A stretch of DNA of 62,464 nt, the filler included, from Polymyxa betae A26-41 (taxonomy: Eukaryota; Protista; Endomyxa: Phytomyxea): NCBI GenBank assembly GCA_003693705.1. It is 3 parts of 3 records of this genome, joined end to end, with 100 filler letters (N's around TTAATTAATTAA, not from the genome) between each part and the next. Parts side by side here need not be neighbours in the genome. Positions count along the whole stretch, not along the records: positions 31,983 to 56,956 come from RBZT01000704.1; 2 more parts are not named here. One strand, given 5' to 3'. A program made the position numbers and the translations under genes. Positions 37,136 to 51,360 of the stretch are shown here, one piece after another. A model generated the notes under the pieces. That model made no database searches. It had not been told where the DNA came from and worked only from the letters and a program-made list of their open reading frames with translations. The stretch's first letter is position 1. The number at the start of each line of letters is the position of its first letter.

Positions 37136-37881
37136 CAGTGGCGGAGCCAGAAATTTTTCTCTGAGGGGGTCCATCGCAGAAAACCAAGTTGTGATAGTGT
37201 GTATTTAAAAATAAAAATTAAAGTGGACTTTTCACAGGCGTCTGGATTTCATATCGCAAAACAGAGATATCACTACATCTACAGCAATTCCGCGGGAAAT
37301 GCCCTTTTCGATGTAAAGTATGAGTAAATCAACCATCCAGGCGTCACCCATCGAAGAGCGGAGGCGCGTCTTAACACTTTTCATAGCTGAGAATGATCAC
37401 GCAGTTGAAGCAGTAGAAACTGGCGATGTGAGAATCAACCGTATTATGCGACAGTAGATTGGGAAGGTTTGATCCAGCCCTGCATGTCGATATCAAAGTA
37501 GTCAAGAGATCACTAATGGTTTCAATGTTGCTATGAAAGTCCGGGTGAAACGAAACAGTTTCGTTGAAGCTGTTAAGCTCTGCCTCAAGAACGGATCGAT
37601 CCGTCTCGGTGAAGTCACATTTGTACACAGCAGCAAAACTCATGATTTTGCTGGATAAAAACGTCGGAAATTTTAGTTCTGTTGAAAAACATGGTGAGTG
37701 CTCCATAATCGAAAGCTCTTTATTAAAAATGAAGCTCACATTGGATTTTGTCGATCACAGGACTTTCAATTTTTCGAACTAGGTACATAATCTCTGCATT
37801 CCTATCTTAATGCAACGGACACTTTTTTTGCGAGGGGGTCAGACCCCCCTCAACACCCCACCCCCCGTCCCTCCGCCACTG
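37136..37881 (-). mobile_element. hAT deletion derivative with C-terminal transposase remnant
   Basis: TIR CAGTGGCGGA / TCCGCCACTG, 8-bp TSD CTGCTAAC. The - strand encodes ...SFSAMKSVKTRLRSSMGDAWMVDLLILYIEK (hAT dimerisation domain). Confidence 0.92.
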
Positions 37882-39949
37882 CTGCTAACCATGGAGGCAA
37901 CGGTTCTCTCAACAAACCGCCAAAAAACTTCACACAACGCCTGCGCGCACCGACAATCCAACTGGTCTATAGAACGACCGCGACGACCGCCAACAGCAAA
38001 GCATTCATGGAAATTGGAAAAATAAAACAACGCTGAACAGAGGCGACTTGAAGGAGGGCTTCAATCAGCGGACACTTGTTCGATCGAATCAGTCGAGGAA
38101 ACAGCGACCAGATACTAACCCTAAAACCCCAACGCTCAGCCAGCTGTTGCTCGACAACACCTTTCCATCGACCATTTGTCGAAAAAATTTCATCAACGTC
38201 TTTGAGATTAACAATACGCTGATTCGGATTATTACATCATCATTTATAGAGTGTTGAGCGGCACGAAACAGACGTCGAATCAGATCTGTTTTGTCCGCAT
38301 CAGGACAGAGCTTCAAATGTTTCTAGGCTCGATTGGAAGATCGTCATAGAAGCCGTTCTTCGATTCGTTCTAAAGAGCGACAAAGTTGAAAAAGGTGTTC
38401 GAGAATCGATCTCAGGCCGCCCGCAACATCCCAACGATTATCTTCTTGTCGCCTCCATTGCCCAGATAGACGCCGCCACGAATCGCGAAATCAAAGGACT
38501 TCGTCCCAGACTGGGCGGTTTGCGAGCGACGTCCCTTTTGCAATTCGTAACCAAACTTTGTGCGGATACTGATCGTTGTGCATCTGCCTCATCAGCAGCA
38601 AACCCTAACCCTTGTTTGAGCATGGCGCGGAACTTTGCACTGGCGCCAACTGTGCGGAAAAGACCGAAAAGAGGAACAGCCTCTGCCTAAAACCATCGTT
38701 TTATTAGAAGCAGCCGCAGTAATATCCGCTGCGTGTTCAATGCTGGCCCACGCAGTCACCTCTGGGGGCGGCGGACCCCAGAGCAGGTCCAAGGCGGGTC
38801 GCCACACCACTGGATAGTAACGTCACTGCGTTGACAATGTAACGTGATCCGACAGAGCTGCCGTCTGCCCGCCTGAAAAGCCGCATCCCGGCACAAGTTG
38901 AGGCTGCGGTCGTCCATCAGATCGGCGGACGACAGCACGAGCAGAATGGTCTGAAACGGCGCCTGGAATCGCCGCCCGTACTGGTCCACGGTTGCCTGCA
39001 TGCGGTCACTTCTGGCTCGGCGCGTCCACAGGGCCGGTACTGCATTACGTTATCGACTCTGAGCCCTGCTTGCGTTCGGTGATAATCGCCTCCAGGGCGG
39101 AGTTTTTCGTCCAAATTCAGCTTTCTGCTTTTTGGGAGCTCTTTTCAACATCAATTTGACTTCCCACTACATACTGCTCAATCTCTCAACAATTTGTGCC
39201 TTCACCACGCGCCATATCACCCGGATCAGCGAAGTCGACGACCTACCCCGCTGCAGACTTCGAAACCGATTGTGAAGATGTACCACCCCTACAAGTTTAA
39301 CGCCGCTTTTGAGGGAGACGATCGGCAAGTAACTATTGTCCTCGGACTCGGATCTGCGATCAGAGATGTTTGATCATAAGATAACACAATTTTCAAGCTC
39401 GTGACAGCTCCATCAGATGCTGTCGCTTGAGGTTCGTGGCTGTGTGTATCACGAATGATACGAACAATTCTGAGCAGTCACCCGAAGCTTGAAGAGCCGC
39501 TTACCAGGAACAATTCAATCGCTTCCTGCTGAACGCGATTCCTATCATGAAAAAATGAACGGATGTTCACAGTATTGACACACAGGCCGTATCTTGCAAT
39601 AAAAAAGCATATCTTTGCAGATGAGGAATCACATGAAATCACAACTGGATTTTGCTTGTTTTGGCAGATTTCTAACCAAGTCAACCCCTACTCCGGATCA
39701 AACTTTTGATGAAAAGCAGATTTTTGCAGAATTATTTACAAGAGCATCGAAAACGCAAGGATTGATAGGAACCTGCAGATAAACGCATAGATAGGCGGAA
39801 CTGTGTGGCTCCGGGGAGCCAAGCGCGAAAAGTACTGGAGCTGTCTCGGGAGTCAGGTGACAGGATTTCATAGCGTTATGGACGACATCATTGAGCGTAG
39901 GATAAAGGCCGGAGCTAGTTCGTTACTTATTCAAAGGGATTTTTATCTA

Positions 39950-41363
39950 CCGTCGCGGACATCTTAACTGTCATAAACTGACCGGGTTGTTGCAAACTGA
40001 ATCCAAAAGTGCGTACGCAGAAAACGTTATTGCGTGACTTCGCAATAAAAATTGCGGACGCAAAATCTCAGTTTTTTATTTAGAGCTCCTCTCTGTTCCA
40101 CCACGACGTGGATCGTTCGGTGACTTTTAAACTTGCGAACAGCACGCTCCACATCTTTAACTGATAAAAATTCTCCGTTTTTCTCCCGATATGCATCCAT
40201 ATATCTACAGTTATGCAAAGTTAAGCAAACAAAACCATAACGCCAAATAGTACCAACCTAAAGCATTTTCGAGCGAATCGGCGAATCTGGATAATGGAAA
40301 CAGAAGATAGAGCCAAGGGTGATATATTGATAAAAGAGTAATTGCAATGCAAACGCGTGTAATGTTTAACAGCTCCCCAAAACATTTCAATAAAAATAAA
40401 TTCGCAATGAAATTTTGGAAAGAAATCAATAGCGAAACCACTATAAGCCGTCACAGTTTCGGTCAGCCATTCCTTTTGCGCGAGGAAATCAGGCTGGCTC
40501 TTGAGAAGATTCAAAGCTTCTTGCCGCTTCATTCCTTCTCTCCAGAGATTTCTCTCTATAAAAATTGTCCGTAAACCCTTCTGCTCACCCTTCGCATTGC
40601 TGTTCGAGTGGACGATCCGCTGACCAGTTTCGCTGATAAACCAACTATCTCTCATTACTACCTTTATGTTTGCCCCTCCATCCTTTAGATTTAACCTTGA
40701 AGCCACCAGCGCGTCCATCGGCAAGTTCCAATATGGGGCCTTCTGTCAATTGACCGCGCTTCTGGAACCCATTTTAGCTTCAGCGACTCGATCTCCCCAT
40801 CAGAAAGGCAAATAGGCTCAGTATCATCTTCGGCTGGCCAATATGGAAGTTCGTCGTTATCCGAATCTTCAGAATCTGGACGCTGGCTCTGTGCAATTTT
40901 AATAGCAGCGGCGGGCCGCCCTCAGAGCGCAAAGAAGCCCTCTTAGCTCTTTCCGCATTCATTCGAGTCAGGTGAGCGAAAAGCTTTCGCTTTCGAGGCA
41001 TGGCGAACGATAGAAGTCTGCCGCACCGCGCCAGGATGATCAAAATCAAGTTAAAAAGAAATGCGCACTCTCCGGACTTTTCTGACAGCGCACTTTTTTC
41101 CCTACACTGACGCACTTTATTTTGCTAGTGAGAAACCTAGATATGCGCCTATTCGTGCATTCCGACGGTCCCCTTACAACTAAAAACCATTAAAACTGCG
41201 CGAGTATTTGGAAATTTAAAAAACCGGGGCCGTTGCTTTGTTCCTTTCGACGAGATCTATTCGAAAACGGCCTTTGATATTGACAGAAGGGTTGCCCGGG
41301 CAAGCCTTATTGAATCATGTTACTCCCTTAGTAAATCTATGACAGTTAAGATGTCCGCGACGG
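39950..41363 (-). mobile_element. IS630/Tc1/mariner deletion derivative with DDE transposase C-terminal half
   Basis: 26-bp TIR CCGTCGCGGACATCTTAACTGTCATA with TA TSD. Peptides KGLRTIFIERNLW, QPDFLAQKEWL, FFPKFHCEFIFIEMFWGAVK, RYMDAY, KFKSHR. Confidence 0.92.
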
Positions 41364-41803
41364 TAGATCGTAACAAAGAGAGATTCTAAACAACATTGCG
41401 AAAAGGTTCTTTCCGAAACTAGCATTAAAAAAAAAATGCAGCTCCATCAACCGAATAACAAAAGTTATACACAGACGATTCAATGCACAAAGAAGTGATT
41501 CTCGAAAAATTGAAAGAAATTGGCAAAATCTTGTAGGCAACAACTTCTATTATTAGCAAAGATGCTCTTTGCCAAGCGTTTTTGTTATCGGATACAAAAG
41601 CAGGGTTTCAGCCATGACATCGTTCAAGAGCCGTTCCGGTCATGTGGAGGAAGTTGTTTACGATGCATACTGATGATTTACAGCATTATGAGCATCGGTA
41701 ATACAGCTGGTAGAGAACGTGATCGCCAACCGCGATGATTTCGTCCAATCGATCACATGATGCCTTCAGATAGATAAGTTGGAAATGACGTTGCGATGAA
41801 GTA

Positions 41804-43581
41804 TTACCCGAATGGCTCCGTTAATGGCAAAATTTCAGTCTTTTCTGGTGCGTGTTGAATTTGCAGATGGAAGCGAGGCGGATCTTGAAGCAATTTTGGC
41901 AGCCAATATTCGATCTTCAGTTCGGACAGAAACGTGATCATGTCCGCCACGCAGCGATGCAGACGGTAGTCATCGAGAGCACGAACAGATTCGAAGGCGT
42001 CGAGGGGCAGATTGCGACGAACATCGTCAGCAAGAGCGGATCGGGTCGGGTTCGGGATGCTGAACGCGTCGGCCAAAAGGGGAAGATGAGTGATAACGGT
42101 TGCGTTAATAGCAAATCGTTCATGATGGTCAACAAGGTCGTTGGCAACGATCGAGCGATGGAGAGGTAAACAGGTGTGGTCGTACTGCCTGATCCTGGCT
42201 TCATCCCGACCGAGAGCCAGGCGTTGGGAGGCGATCAGGCTGGCCCCCCAGCGACTTCCGGATTGCAAATGTTGGTTCAGGATAGAAGCCCATGGTTGAC
42301 CGAGCCCATTCTGATTGAGGTTAGCAACGAACCGCTCGGCAACACCTTTCGAATAATCCAGGCAGTGCCGCTGTAAAAATTAATGAGAACACAGATAGAG
42401 GACGGAGCCCTCAAAAATCCAGTTTAAATTACAGTATGATTAGCAAGAAGAATCAAGAGCTCAGAAGACAAACGCAAAATTGAAATTATTCGACAAATTA
42501 CTGGAAATCCTCGAATAAAAAAGAAACTTAAAAAATGCAACGAGTAATTCTTTCGAAAAAGAAACATCGAAAATCTCTTACCTTAATTGGCGACCAGAGG
42601 AGGCACTTTGATAAGAAGTTGCTAATGTGTTGAGTACCGAAGAGACTTACGAGAATACGAGCGAGTTTGTAGGATTGCATCGGCGATAAAGTTCGGAGCC
42701 AGTTGATGCCGAAAAGCTTCATCAAAGGTGGCGGTTCGCCGAACCGAATATGAACAAAATCGACACGCAGAAGGCGATTTCGTATCGAAATCGGAAGAAG
42801 AGGCCCATCCAGCGAATCGTCATTGATATCATTCAGAATCGATTCGGAAAATTCAGGTAGATGATTGCCGTTGATGATAGACTGGAATAGAAGAATGGCA
42901 TCGTGCTTGGCCTGGTTTTTAGTTACGAGATGATGTCGTTTGAGTTCGTCCAAGATGGAGTTATCGTTCGGAGTCAGATACCACATTTTGACGAGATCGT
43001 GAAAAACATCTTGCAAGGTACGATCTCCGAAAACGAAACGAATGAAAGCTGAAACTAGAGCATCACTGTTAAATTCGGAAATGGGATTAATAAAGCATTC
43101 AAGGAGAAATTGAAGCTAAAAACAAACAGCTAACGATACCGGGTGATTTTTTGTACATAAAAGTCGATCGAAATGCGAAAAGCCAAATTACGGGAATCTT
43201 CCTGAACTTGTTTCTTCAGATCAGGAAATATCATCGACGCCAGTTTGGTCGTATTGAAACGTAGCAGAAATGTTTCAGCGATCGTGACCGGTGTAGTATT
43301 GTAGACGATTTTGCATTTATCGCCCTGAACATCAACAGCAACGACATTCCGATTCGAAGCGCTTAGTGCCATTTCAATATCATCTCTCGGTTCACGAACA
43401 CGTTTGCAAATGTCATGCAGAGCCGCGTTTCGACATCGAATCCAATGGCGAACCCGGTTGACGACTGATGAATCTGCAGCAGATCCGGTCGCGCCTTGTC
43501 GGAGCCCAGTTGTAACAGATGAAAGCGATGGCACTCGCAGACGCCAATGACCACGACGCCTATGAGCAGTAGACTAACCAT
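41804..43581 (-). pseudogene. Multi-exon secreted-protein gene or pseudogene, possibly a distant relative of the effector family
   Basis: Signal-like MVSLLLIGVVVIG. Exons about 43066-42583 and 42372-41804 splice in frame (AAG|GTAAGA...TTACAG|CGG). Weak matches LADDVRRNL ~ LRQDVRRCL and YWLPK ~ SWLPE. First-exon frame is inconsistent. Confidence 0.4.
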
Positions 43582-44614
43582 AGAGGCAATGTTGGAAGGT
43601 GGAATGGCGTTATGACTGATTTACGCTATGCGAAACCAAGAGGGCTGCGACATGCCACTGGGAAACCCTAGAACCCTACTCGCACAGGGCAGTTCAGAGT
43701 GATCCAGCTTCTTACACTGCCAGAATTACATCGAAATATAATATGAGCTGTAGACAAGGTTTTGAAGAATATCGTGGAGGCCTGCTTAATGATTCAAGGG
43801 AGAGGATTGCTGCAAATATAGGTGACAGCGATTGTGACCTTGAGCGGAGCTCTTCAATTAGGTTCTTGCTCATGAATCACTGCATTAATCAAACATCATA
43901 GGCTGCTGAATTGACAGTATGGGATTGTCGCTGCAAGTGAGAAGCTGCTCGGGCTTCTGGGGTACTGTAATCGCAAATTAGCCAACAATTTGCTCAGGAA
44001 GATTGAAGTGATATCCTGTAAAAAGGCCATATTAAAAGCGGAGCAGAATAGCTTCAAGAAATGAACATGCTCTTGTATGAAAGAAATTTCAAGAGCAATA
44101 AACCCTAAAGGGTTAGGTTTTAAGATGGTCTCACATCGATTTCGAAACGATGGTTCTGTTTGTATTGGAATTGACATCGGCTTGAGTGAATAAATAGTTT
44201 CTCTGTTAGATCTATTGCTGATGGTTCCCTTCTAAGAGAATAGCATTTGAGGGGAAATATGCGATAAGCTATCAAAACTCGCATTCTGTGTTGATAAAGA
44301 GGTTTCTCTACCTGCTTTTATAAAACCAGCCTTATCCCGGAGCAAAGAGCAAATTCAACAAATGTCGCTTCGAGGAAAATTCGGCTTCTTCCTGTAAACA
44401 TCCCAAGCACACGCTGCTTTCTCTCTGTCGCACAACTTCTGAACAAGAGCCAAAACAAGTGAGCTCTCGCGAATAAATATTTAGGCCATTTTTCGAGTTT
44501 ACTAGACCTGCCTGGTCTAAAGAGATTTCAGTAAAGCTAAAACAACAGCTATTCCAATTTAGAAGGGGAGAAAATGTTAATAAATAAAGGTGCATTACAA
44601 AGTAATTATCACAA

Positions 44615-46810
44615 TCAAGGAAAATTTCCCGAAAAATGCCATCGAAGCAGAGAACCTGTTCCTGCAAGTGCAAGAACTACCGGTACAGGGGCCTTGGAAT
44701 ATTCTAGCAGCATGAAGGATACAGCAGTGATGGCAACCAGACCAGGATACGCTCCGACAGACGTTCCGAAAGGACTGCCAACGACAGCCTTCTCCCAGAG
44801 TATATAGACAGCAGCAAACATGAAACCGACCGCCACAGAATTAAAGCCCTGAAAACAGTCGTTAAATGAATCTCAACTGTCCTTGACAAATTGGAAGTGA
44901 AGAATTGAAAAAATATCAATAAACAAAGAGAAAGGGCTGTTGAAGAAGCTGGCATAATCGGTAAAGGAAGACAAGCGTAATAACTAAAGATTTGCACGAG
45001 TGTGAATAAACGATCAGAAAAACGAGGTTGAAAGTCACAGCATAAGCGTGAAGCGTACCTTGAAGAGAACTTCAATGGGTTTGTGATGACGATGAGCCCT
45101 CCAAAGAGGCAAAACGCCAGCTTTGATAGTTAATCCGGGCAGAAAGATGCCGATCCAGGCTAGCAGTGCTCCAAAAGCACTTGTCCATGGACTTGATCTT
45201 AGTGCTAATGCACCACAGAAGGCAGCAAAATTGAAGTTTGGGCCTAAAGCAGAACAATTCAATAATGCTGCTGACAGCAAAGCCAGCTAGAGTAAAAATC
45301 AGAGCTTGATGTATTCAATATTCGATAAACATTAAGACTAAATAGCAAAAGAAACCAGCAAGTAGAACCAAGAAAATCCATAGTAAAAGAAGTGAAATAT
45401 TATAGAAAGCCCCAATCTATCGGGGACTAAGGAAAGCGAGGAGAAAATGAAAGCGTACAAAAAAATGAAAGCGTAGATAACAACGTTGACAAACGGAAAA
45501 ACGATAAAGATTTGTTTGCTCGAGAAAAGTAGATAGTCATCCGTCTGCATTTCATTACCTGGCATGCAGTTGATGACGGCCAAGCCAAGCAGGAATTCAG
45601 AGCTTGACATCCATCCGGTCGCGACTACATAGGAGTACAGCATAGGAACCACAACTGGACCGCCCCCTATGCTTTCTTATTACAAAAAAAAGTGAAATTG
45701 AACACGATGAAGGAATACCGAATATGAGAGCGCCGACCAAGAAGAAAGTCGCCGATAAACGAACGTAGATGCCTGCCTGATCCCAAGTCCTAATCCAGGC
45801 ACAAACGAATGTTGTCAAAATTGTAGTGACGAGAAAAATCAGGCCAGTACGTCGAGAATACGTCAGAAAAACAAGCTCGTCGCTTTTCAGCCCGGTTTCA
45901 ACAGATTCCATATCGTGATCAATAGCCACGTTTGGGGTTTCGACATTGGTGGCATAGCAAAGCTGATAACGATGAAGAGCGAAGCTGAGGGCGCCGCCTA
46001 GAGCCAGAATGAGCGGGATGAGCCAGATCTTGGCTGGGAACAAGATCAGGGCGCATGCAGAGCCGGTGGCGATCATGCGGCTGGGATTATCGACCAAGAT
46101 CTTGCTACCGAGCTTGAGAGCAGCGATGGCGACCAGAGCTACTGCCACACACGACAGCCCATTTTCGATTTGAAGCAAAGGGGAAGGGATGGATTCTGAC
46201 CCAAAACGGCTCAGCGAATACCCTATCGATCCCATAACAATCGCCCCGGGGATACTAAACACAGAATAAGATGCATTTGTCAAAGCTGCAAAAACACAAA
46301 GCCATTTGGAAAAAAACAAGTAAATGAATATTGCAAAGATAACGAAATTGAAATTTCTTAAAAAAAATCAATAGAAATCCAACGTTAAAAACTCTTTGCC
46401 TTAACAAACTACAAACCTCCAGACTAAGAATGCTAGAATAGCAGCAAGGGGTCCAGCTCGGATCAAAGCAACCGTAAAGGCAAGCTGGGTGCTGGCCGGC
46501 CCAGGAAGAGCATTCGATATGGCCAGCAATTCGGTGAAGAGTCGTTCGGAGAGCCATCGCTTTCTCGATACGAAGCGCTCGAACATCAACCCGATATGAG
46601 CCTGCAAACGAAAAATGGGAGCTAAGGACGCAGACTATCAAAAGGCTAACCTGGGGTCCTCCTGAGTCATCAGAGATTAATAAGCAGAGAAGCCTGTCAG
46701 CCAAAGTTTTCCGAACCGAATGCAATGAAAGGCAGAGGCAGATAAGCCCGAACCGTTTCCTGGATAGAGATCGGCCGACCGCTCAGTAGCGGCTCAACTT
46801 GATCGGACAT
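44615..46810 (-). CDS. chrA: Long-chain chromate ion transporter (CHR family), multi-exon
   Basis: Spliced motifs IAFGGPQAHIG, RWLSERLFTELLAISNALPGPASTQL, IFGGGPVVVPML, GWMSSSEFLLGLAVINCMPGPNFNFAAF, GIFLPG: the two homologous CHR halves. Confidence 0.93.
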
Positions 46811-47472
46811 GGCGACAATCGCACTATGACCTGAAACACCAATAATGTTTTGACTGCAAACCCTACCTTATATAAGACGGGTTTTCACAGCCTGGTTTGA
46901 AAAGTCGAAAATGACCGTCAGTCAATGTTACTACTATAATTTCTCCAATCTCATTTATGCTAATTCGCAGACGGCCATTTTACACAGAACACAGATTTTC
47001 AGACAGAGGGCATACATGAAGGAATCTTGTGGATTTTTTGAGAATATTCTCTCAATATTGGCGATGTTATAAATTATGTCGCTGAGTTGATTGCCTCCAT
47101 TAATGGATTAGTCATCAGCATCGCAACCAAGAAATCCATCCCGACCGGCTGCGCAGCAGAAACAGGAAGGCTTTGCTGGGCTGCATAACGATGAATGCTG
47201 GAACGAGACGCTCTTACAAGCTAGGAGACGAACCTAGACAGAAGAAACTGTTTCAAATACGAGGAAGAATAGATTCTTTTGGAGTTAAGAATAGTCAAGT
47301 CATTTGAATCACGAAGTGGCCTCACATTCTAATTTCCAAATCTACCTAGCTTTCACCTTCCGAAAACGCCCAGTATTTACATCATAGGAGCTCTAGGAAG
47401 CATGATTATCATTTAGCCCAAAGCTTTCCAAGACAAGACGTTGATAATACCGATGGCAGTTTATAAGATTAA

Positions 47473-50400
47473 TTAATTACTTTTTTCGCCTCGATCGTGC
47501 TCAGACTGAGATAGGGCTTCCCTGAAACTGACGCGAACAGCCTCTTCATCCCACCATCGGAATGGCTCTCTAATGACATTGTACAAATCCCTTGACAATT
47601 CGGTTCCGGATTGGACGAGTACGAAATCTATGGCTTTCTCGATCGCAAGACGCCATTTGCCCGTGACGTAAATGATGTTATTCAGCATCATTGTGGTAAA
47701 AACGGAGGCAATGAAATCTTTGCGACGAAGGATCAATGCGTGACAATCATTCGAGCGGTAGTGGCGGTACTTGTCAGCAACCGCTCTGACAGCAAAGGCC
47801 TGCCGTTTCACAAAATCGGAAAGCGACTTCTTAGCAATCTCCAAAGAACGAGCCATGGCGTTGGAAATGGCATCATTCTTAGCAATCTCCGTAGAGCGAG
47901 CAATGGCATCGGAAGCGGCATCTTTGGTAAACGACTCCCATGTAAGTAAAGGCAAAACAATCTTGTCAATAGAGGATAGCTGCAGATCTGATATGCAATA
48001 AGTGAGATAGAAGAGGCAGAGAAGTGCCGTCGTGACAATAACCGCCAAACGACAGAAACAAATATGAAGTTAAAGAGAACTGATAAAATCCAGCACGGAT
48101 AAGCAAGCATTATCAAAAATAGAAAAAAAATAGCGAAACGTACAACTGTGAAAATATAACCAACCTGAGCGCTTTGAAAGCTTTCGAAAACCTTCAATAA
48201 CTTTGCTAACTTCACGTAGCAGCGTTTGACATGATGTGTCGAACCGCTTCAGATAGTCAGCATGCAAGATCAGCTTCTGATTTTCCACGCCATCGGATTT
48301 AAATAATCGGATATCCGATTCAGTTTGATTCAGAAACGTTTTCATTCTCTGCTTCAGAGCAAACACTTGCTTATCGAGGACTTCCCAAATCATAGCAAAC
48401 GGAATCGCTTTCTCGCTGAGAAAAGCATCCGTAGCGACATCGTCATGCTTGGTCAATCTACGAACTTGCTCGGCAGATTGTCGAACACAGCTGACCAAAG
48501 CATCCTTGACAATTGTCTTTATATGGGTCTGGCGCTCCAGTAACCGCTCTTGGACCAGATCAAAGATAATCCGGCATTGTCTGATGGCCTGATCCGGGTT
48601 ATACTGACCAGGATGTTTCTGAATGTCCAGCAAAATCGCAGCCATTGCTGATTTGAAGTCCTCAGCTTCGGTTTCCAGATGAGGGTAGATGGCTAGGCGC
48701 TTGAGGATTAGGGAATCTTTAAGGAGCGTGAAACCTCGAACGTCACCATTGGCGATGTTTTTGAGCGCAGCCGACGTCAGGAATGCGCCCAACAGGGCAA
48801 TCCGATTTTCTAGGCAGATTTTCATCAAATCTTGTTCAAAAACGAATAGAGACGTGGCGCTATCGGGCACCACAGGAGGCAGCTTGCGAGCGACAGGACG
48901 AAATGTACGGCAGAGGTAAGATGGGTTTGAAGATAAACCTTGAAGCGGAGCTAGAAACAAGTTAGCAAAAAATTTCTAGCAACTCCATGACAAAACGTAT
49001 AAAATTTTTAGACGTCATGGCCATCACTTTCACTTCCTTTAACAAGGAAATGTTAGCAACATTAGCGACGAAAGGAAAAGTAGACTTCTAAAAGAGATAC
49101 TATACAAACTTGGAAGAGTAGACTTTTACATTAAAAATTTTGGAACGAGACAAGATGGAAAAACCTCAATGAAAATTGCAAAGGAAATCAGTCAATCCGT
49201 GAGAAAAATCTTAAAGAACCCAAAAACGTAAAAACTTGTGGGAAAAAGCGAAGAAGAAAGAAATTGATGAGATTTACTTGAAGTTGCTTCATCGTCATTT
49301 TGCGCTAAACGGGCGCCTTCGCGTTGCAACTGATCTGAATCAGATTAGCCATACAATACTACAAGCAGAGAACGCGCTGTTTACTTGTCGACAGCTGAGC
49401 TGTGGTTGATTGCGTGTCACAAGACATCAGGAGCATTTCTGAGTGAGATTGTCAGCATAACGTCAAAAGAAAAGCGTAGACCAACCTCGATGAATGGAGT
49501 TCTTTAAAGAATTTTCTCCAATCGACGATGCAGGAAGCTCAGGACTACGGCATACAATCCTCTCGTTACTGGAGACATATCTCAAACTGCTGAATTCTCC
49601 TGAATCACATCGAGCTTGTATGCCTTCATTAGGGGAGTAGAAACAATTGAAGTCCTGACAAGAATGTCAAAACAAGAAACAAGACAATGAAGAACATGAT
49701 ACGTTTGACATGGTTGGGAATGTATCTTGGCGTTCGGAGCTATCAGTCATCGAATCATCAGAAAGGCAGTTACCAGCGAGGAGCTCTTCTGCAATTCGAA
49801 GTTTTGTGAATCGGGTGGCCATCTTGGTGACATGATGGTGGACGATCTGAGGATCATCAGGGTGGACGGGCTTCTGATCGTCAGGGTGAACGGGCTTCTG
49901 ATCGTCAGGGTGAACGGGCTTCTGATCGTCAGGGTGAACGGGCTTCTGATCGTCAGGGTGGACGGGCTTATTTTTTGGTTCACTGGACTTAGCATCTGCA
50001 GGATCATCGGCTGTTGCTAACAACTCTGCTGCTGACACATCGTCACATCTCAGCAACAATCTTCCAATCGGAGGTAAGCCATTGGGCCTTGCAGGCGGCA
50101 GAGTCGATGCCACAGCGTTTATCGGCGTCTTCTCGACTCGGGGTAAGAGAGGCCGCATAGAGCTACCCACGTTGCCTCTGAAAATGTACAGTAAACGACT
50201 CATATGAATGCAAGTTGGATATCTCATACGGTGTCACGTTGCCTCTGAAAATGTACAGTAAACGACTCATATGAATGCAAGTTGGATATCTCATACGGTG
50301 TAGGAGTTCTAGAAACATTTTCGTTAGAATCGGTAATACCAGGTCGAAACGGGTTTGTGGAAACATGTTGTAGTCGGAGGTGGATGGAGAAGACCAGTCG

Positions 50401-50894
50401 AACGGATTTGATTTGATATTCTGGCCAATATTCGATGCAACGGAATACTCTGCAGGAAAACAATCAGAGAAGCAACATGAGCTATGAAGATGGACGTTAC
50501 GAGACAGTGTTCGACTGCCAGGGGCATCAGATCTGTCGGTCATAGAATGATCAGATACAGCTGCTAAAATCGACTTAGAGCGGTTAGTATAGCTTATATG
50601 GGAAGCATAAATACCTGATTGTTGCCGATGATCGCTGAAAATATCGCTTGGGTTAAAAGTGAGAAGCCGATCTATAGCTGTTTTACAAAAATGGAAAGCG
50701 ACCAGCAAAGTCCCTTACAACCTGTTGAGAAGTCACTGTCATTCTGCGAGTCGCTGGCGGAGAGTTCGTCGCCGCCTAATACAGAGCTCTAGCAGCAATG
50801 GGATTAGACAGCCGCCTATGTTGCATTGGAGTCTAGTCACCTTAGATAGGAGCACGAGCAAAGGCGCCAGCAGCCAAAGAGCAGAGCTAGTCAT
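47473..50894 (-). CDS. Large multi-exon putative secreted protein with low-complexity N-terminus, PDDQKPVH repeats and helical C-terminal exons
   Basis: Signal-like MTSSALWLLAPLLVLLS at 50894. Co-oriented ORFs 49667-50227, 48070-48960 and 47473-48048 are separated by T-rich GT-AG introns. May be more than one gene. Confidence 0.55.
49852..49969 (-). repeat. 24-bp coding repeat (KPVHPDDQ)x5
   Basis: TCAGGGTGAACGGGCTTCTGATCG in tandem. Confidence 0.95.
50168..50301 (-). repeat. Perfect 67-bp tandem duplication containing a complete 52-nt intron
   Basis: Units start at 50168 and 50235. On the - strand each contains GTATGA...TTTTCAG (50178-50229, 50245-50296). Confidence 0.9.
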
Positions 50895-51067
50895 ACAGAT
50901 AGCGAGGCGACGATGCAGCGGACTGGGTCTTCTTTGGGACGCCGAATAGACAATTAATAAGACACTCGAACGAAAGTTTGAAATTTGATGGAGATGGCAT
51001 CTTGGGTGACCCGAAAACTCATCAATCACAATGGATTGATCCGAAATTTTTTGCGACTGTCTTCAAT

Positions 51068-51360
51068 GAAATTTCACAGCAGATGTTTTAAATACTTCGC
51101 ACCAAAACTCGTTGAAATTTCAATACGGATGCTTTAATGCTCTCAAAAGCTCTTTAAAATTTCACAGCGGATGTTTTACTGTCCACCAAAACTCGTTGAA
51201 ATTTCACTACGGCTGTTCTACTTCTCACCAAAAACTCGTAGAAATTTCACAGCGGATGCTTTAATGCTCTCAAAGCTCGTTAAAATTTCACAACGGATGT
51301 TTTACTGTCCACCAAAACTCGTTGAAATTTCACTACGGATGTTTTACTGCTCACCAAAAC
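51068..51360. repeat. About 42-bp minisatellite, about 7 copies
   Basis: GAAATTTCAC(A/T)(G/A)CGGATGTTTTACTGTCCACCAAAACTCGTT units. Confidence 0.9.

Noticed and set aside
38050-39120. GC-richer minus-strand ORF fragments
   Set aside because: Broken frames and no recognisable family.
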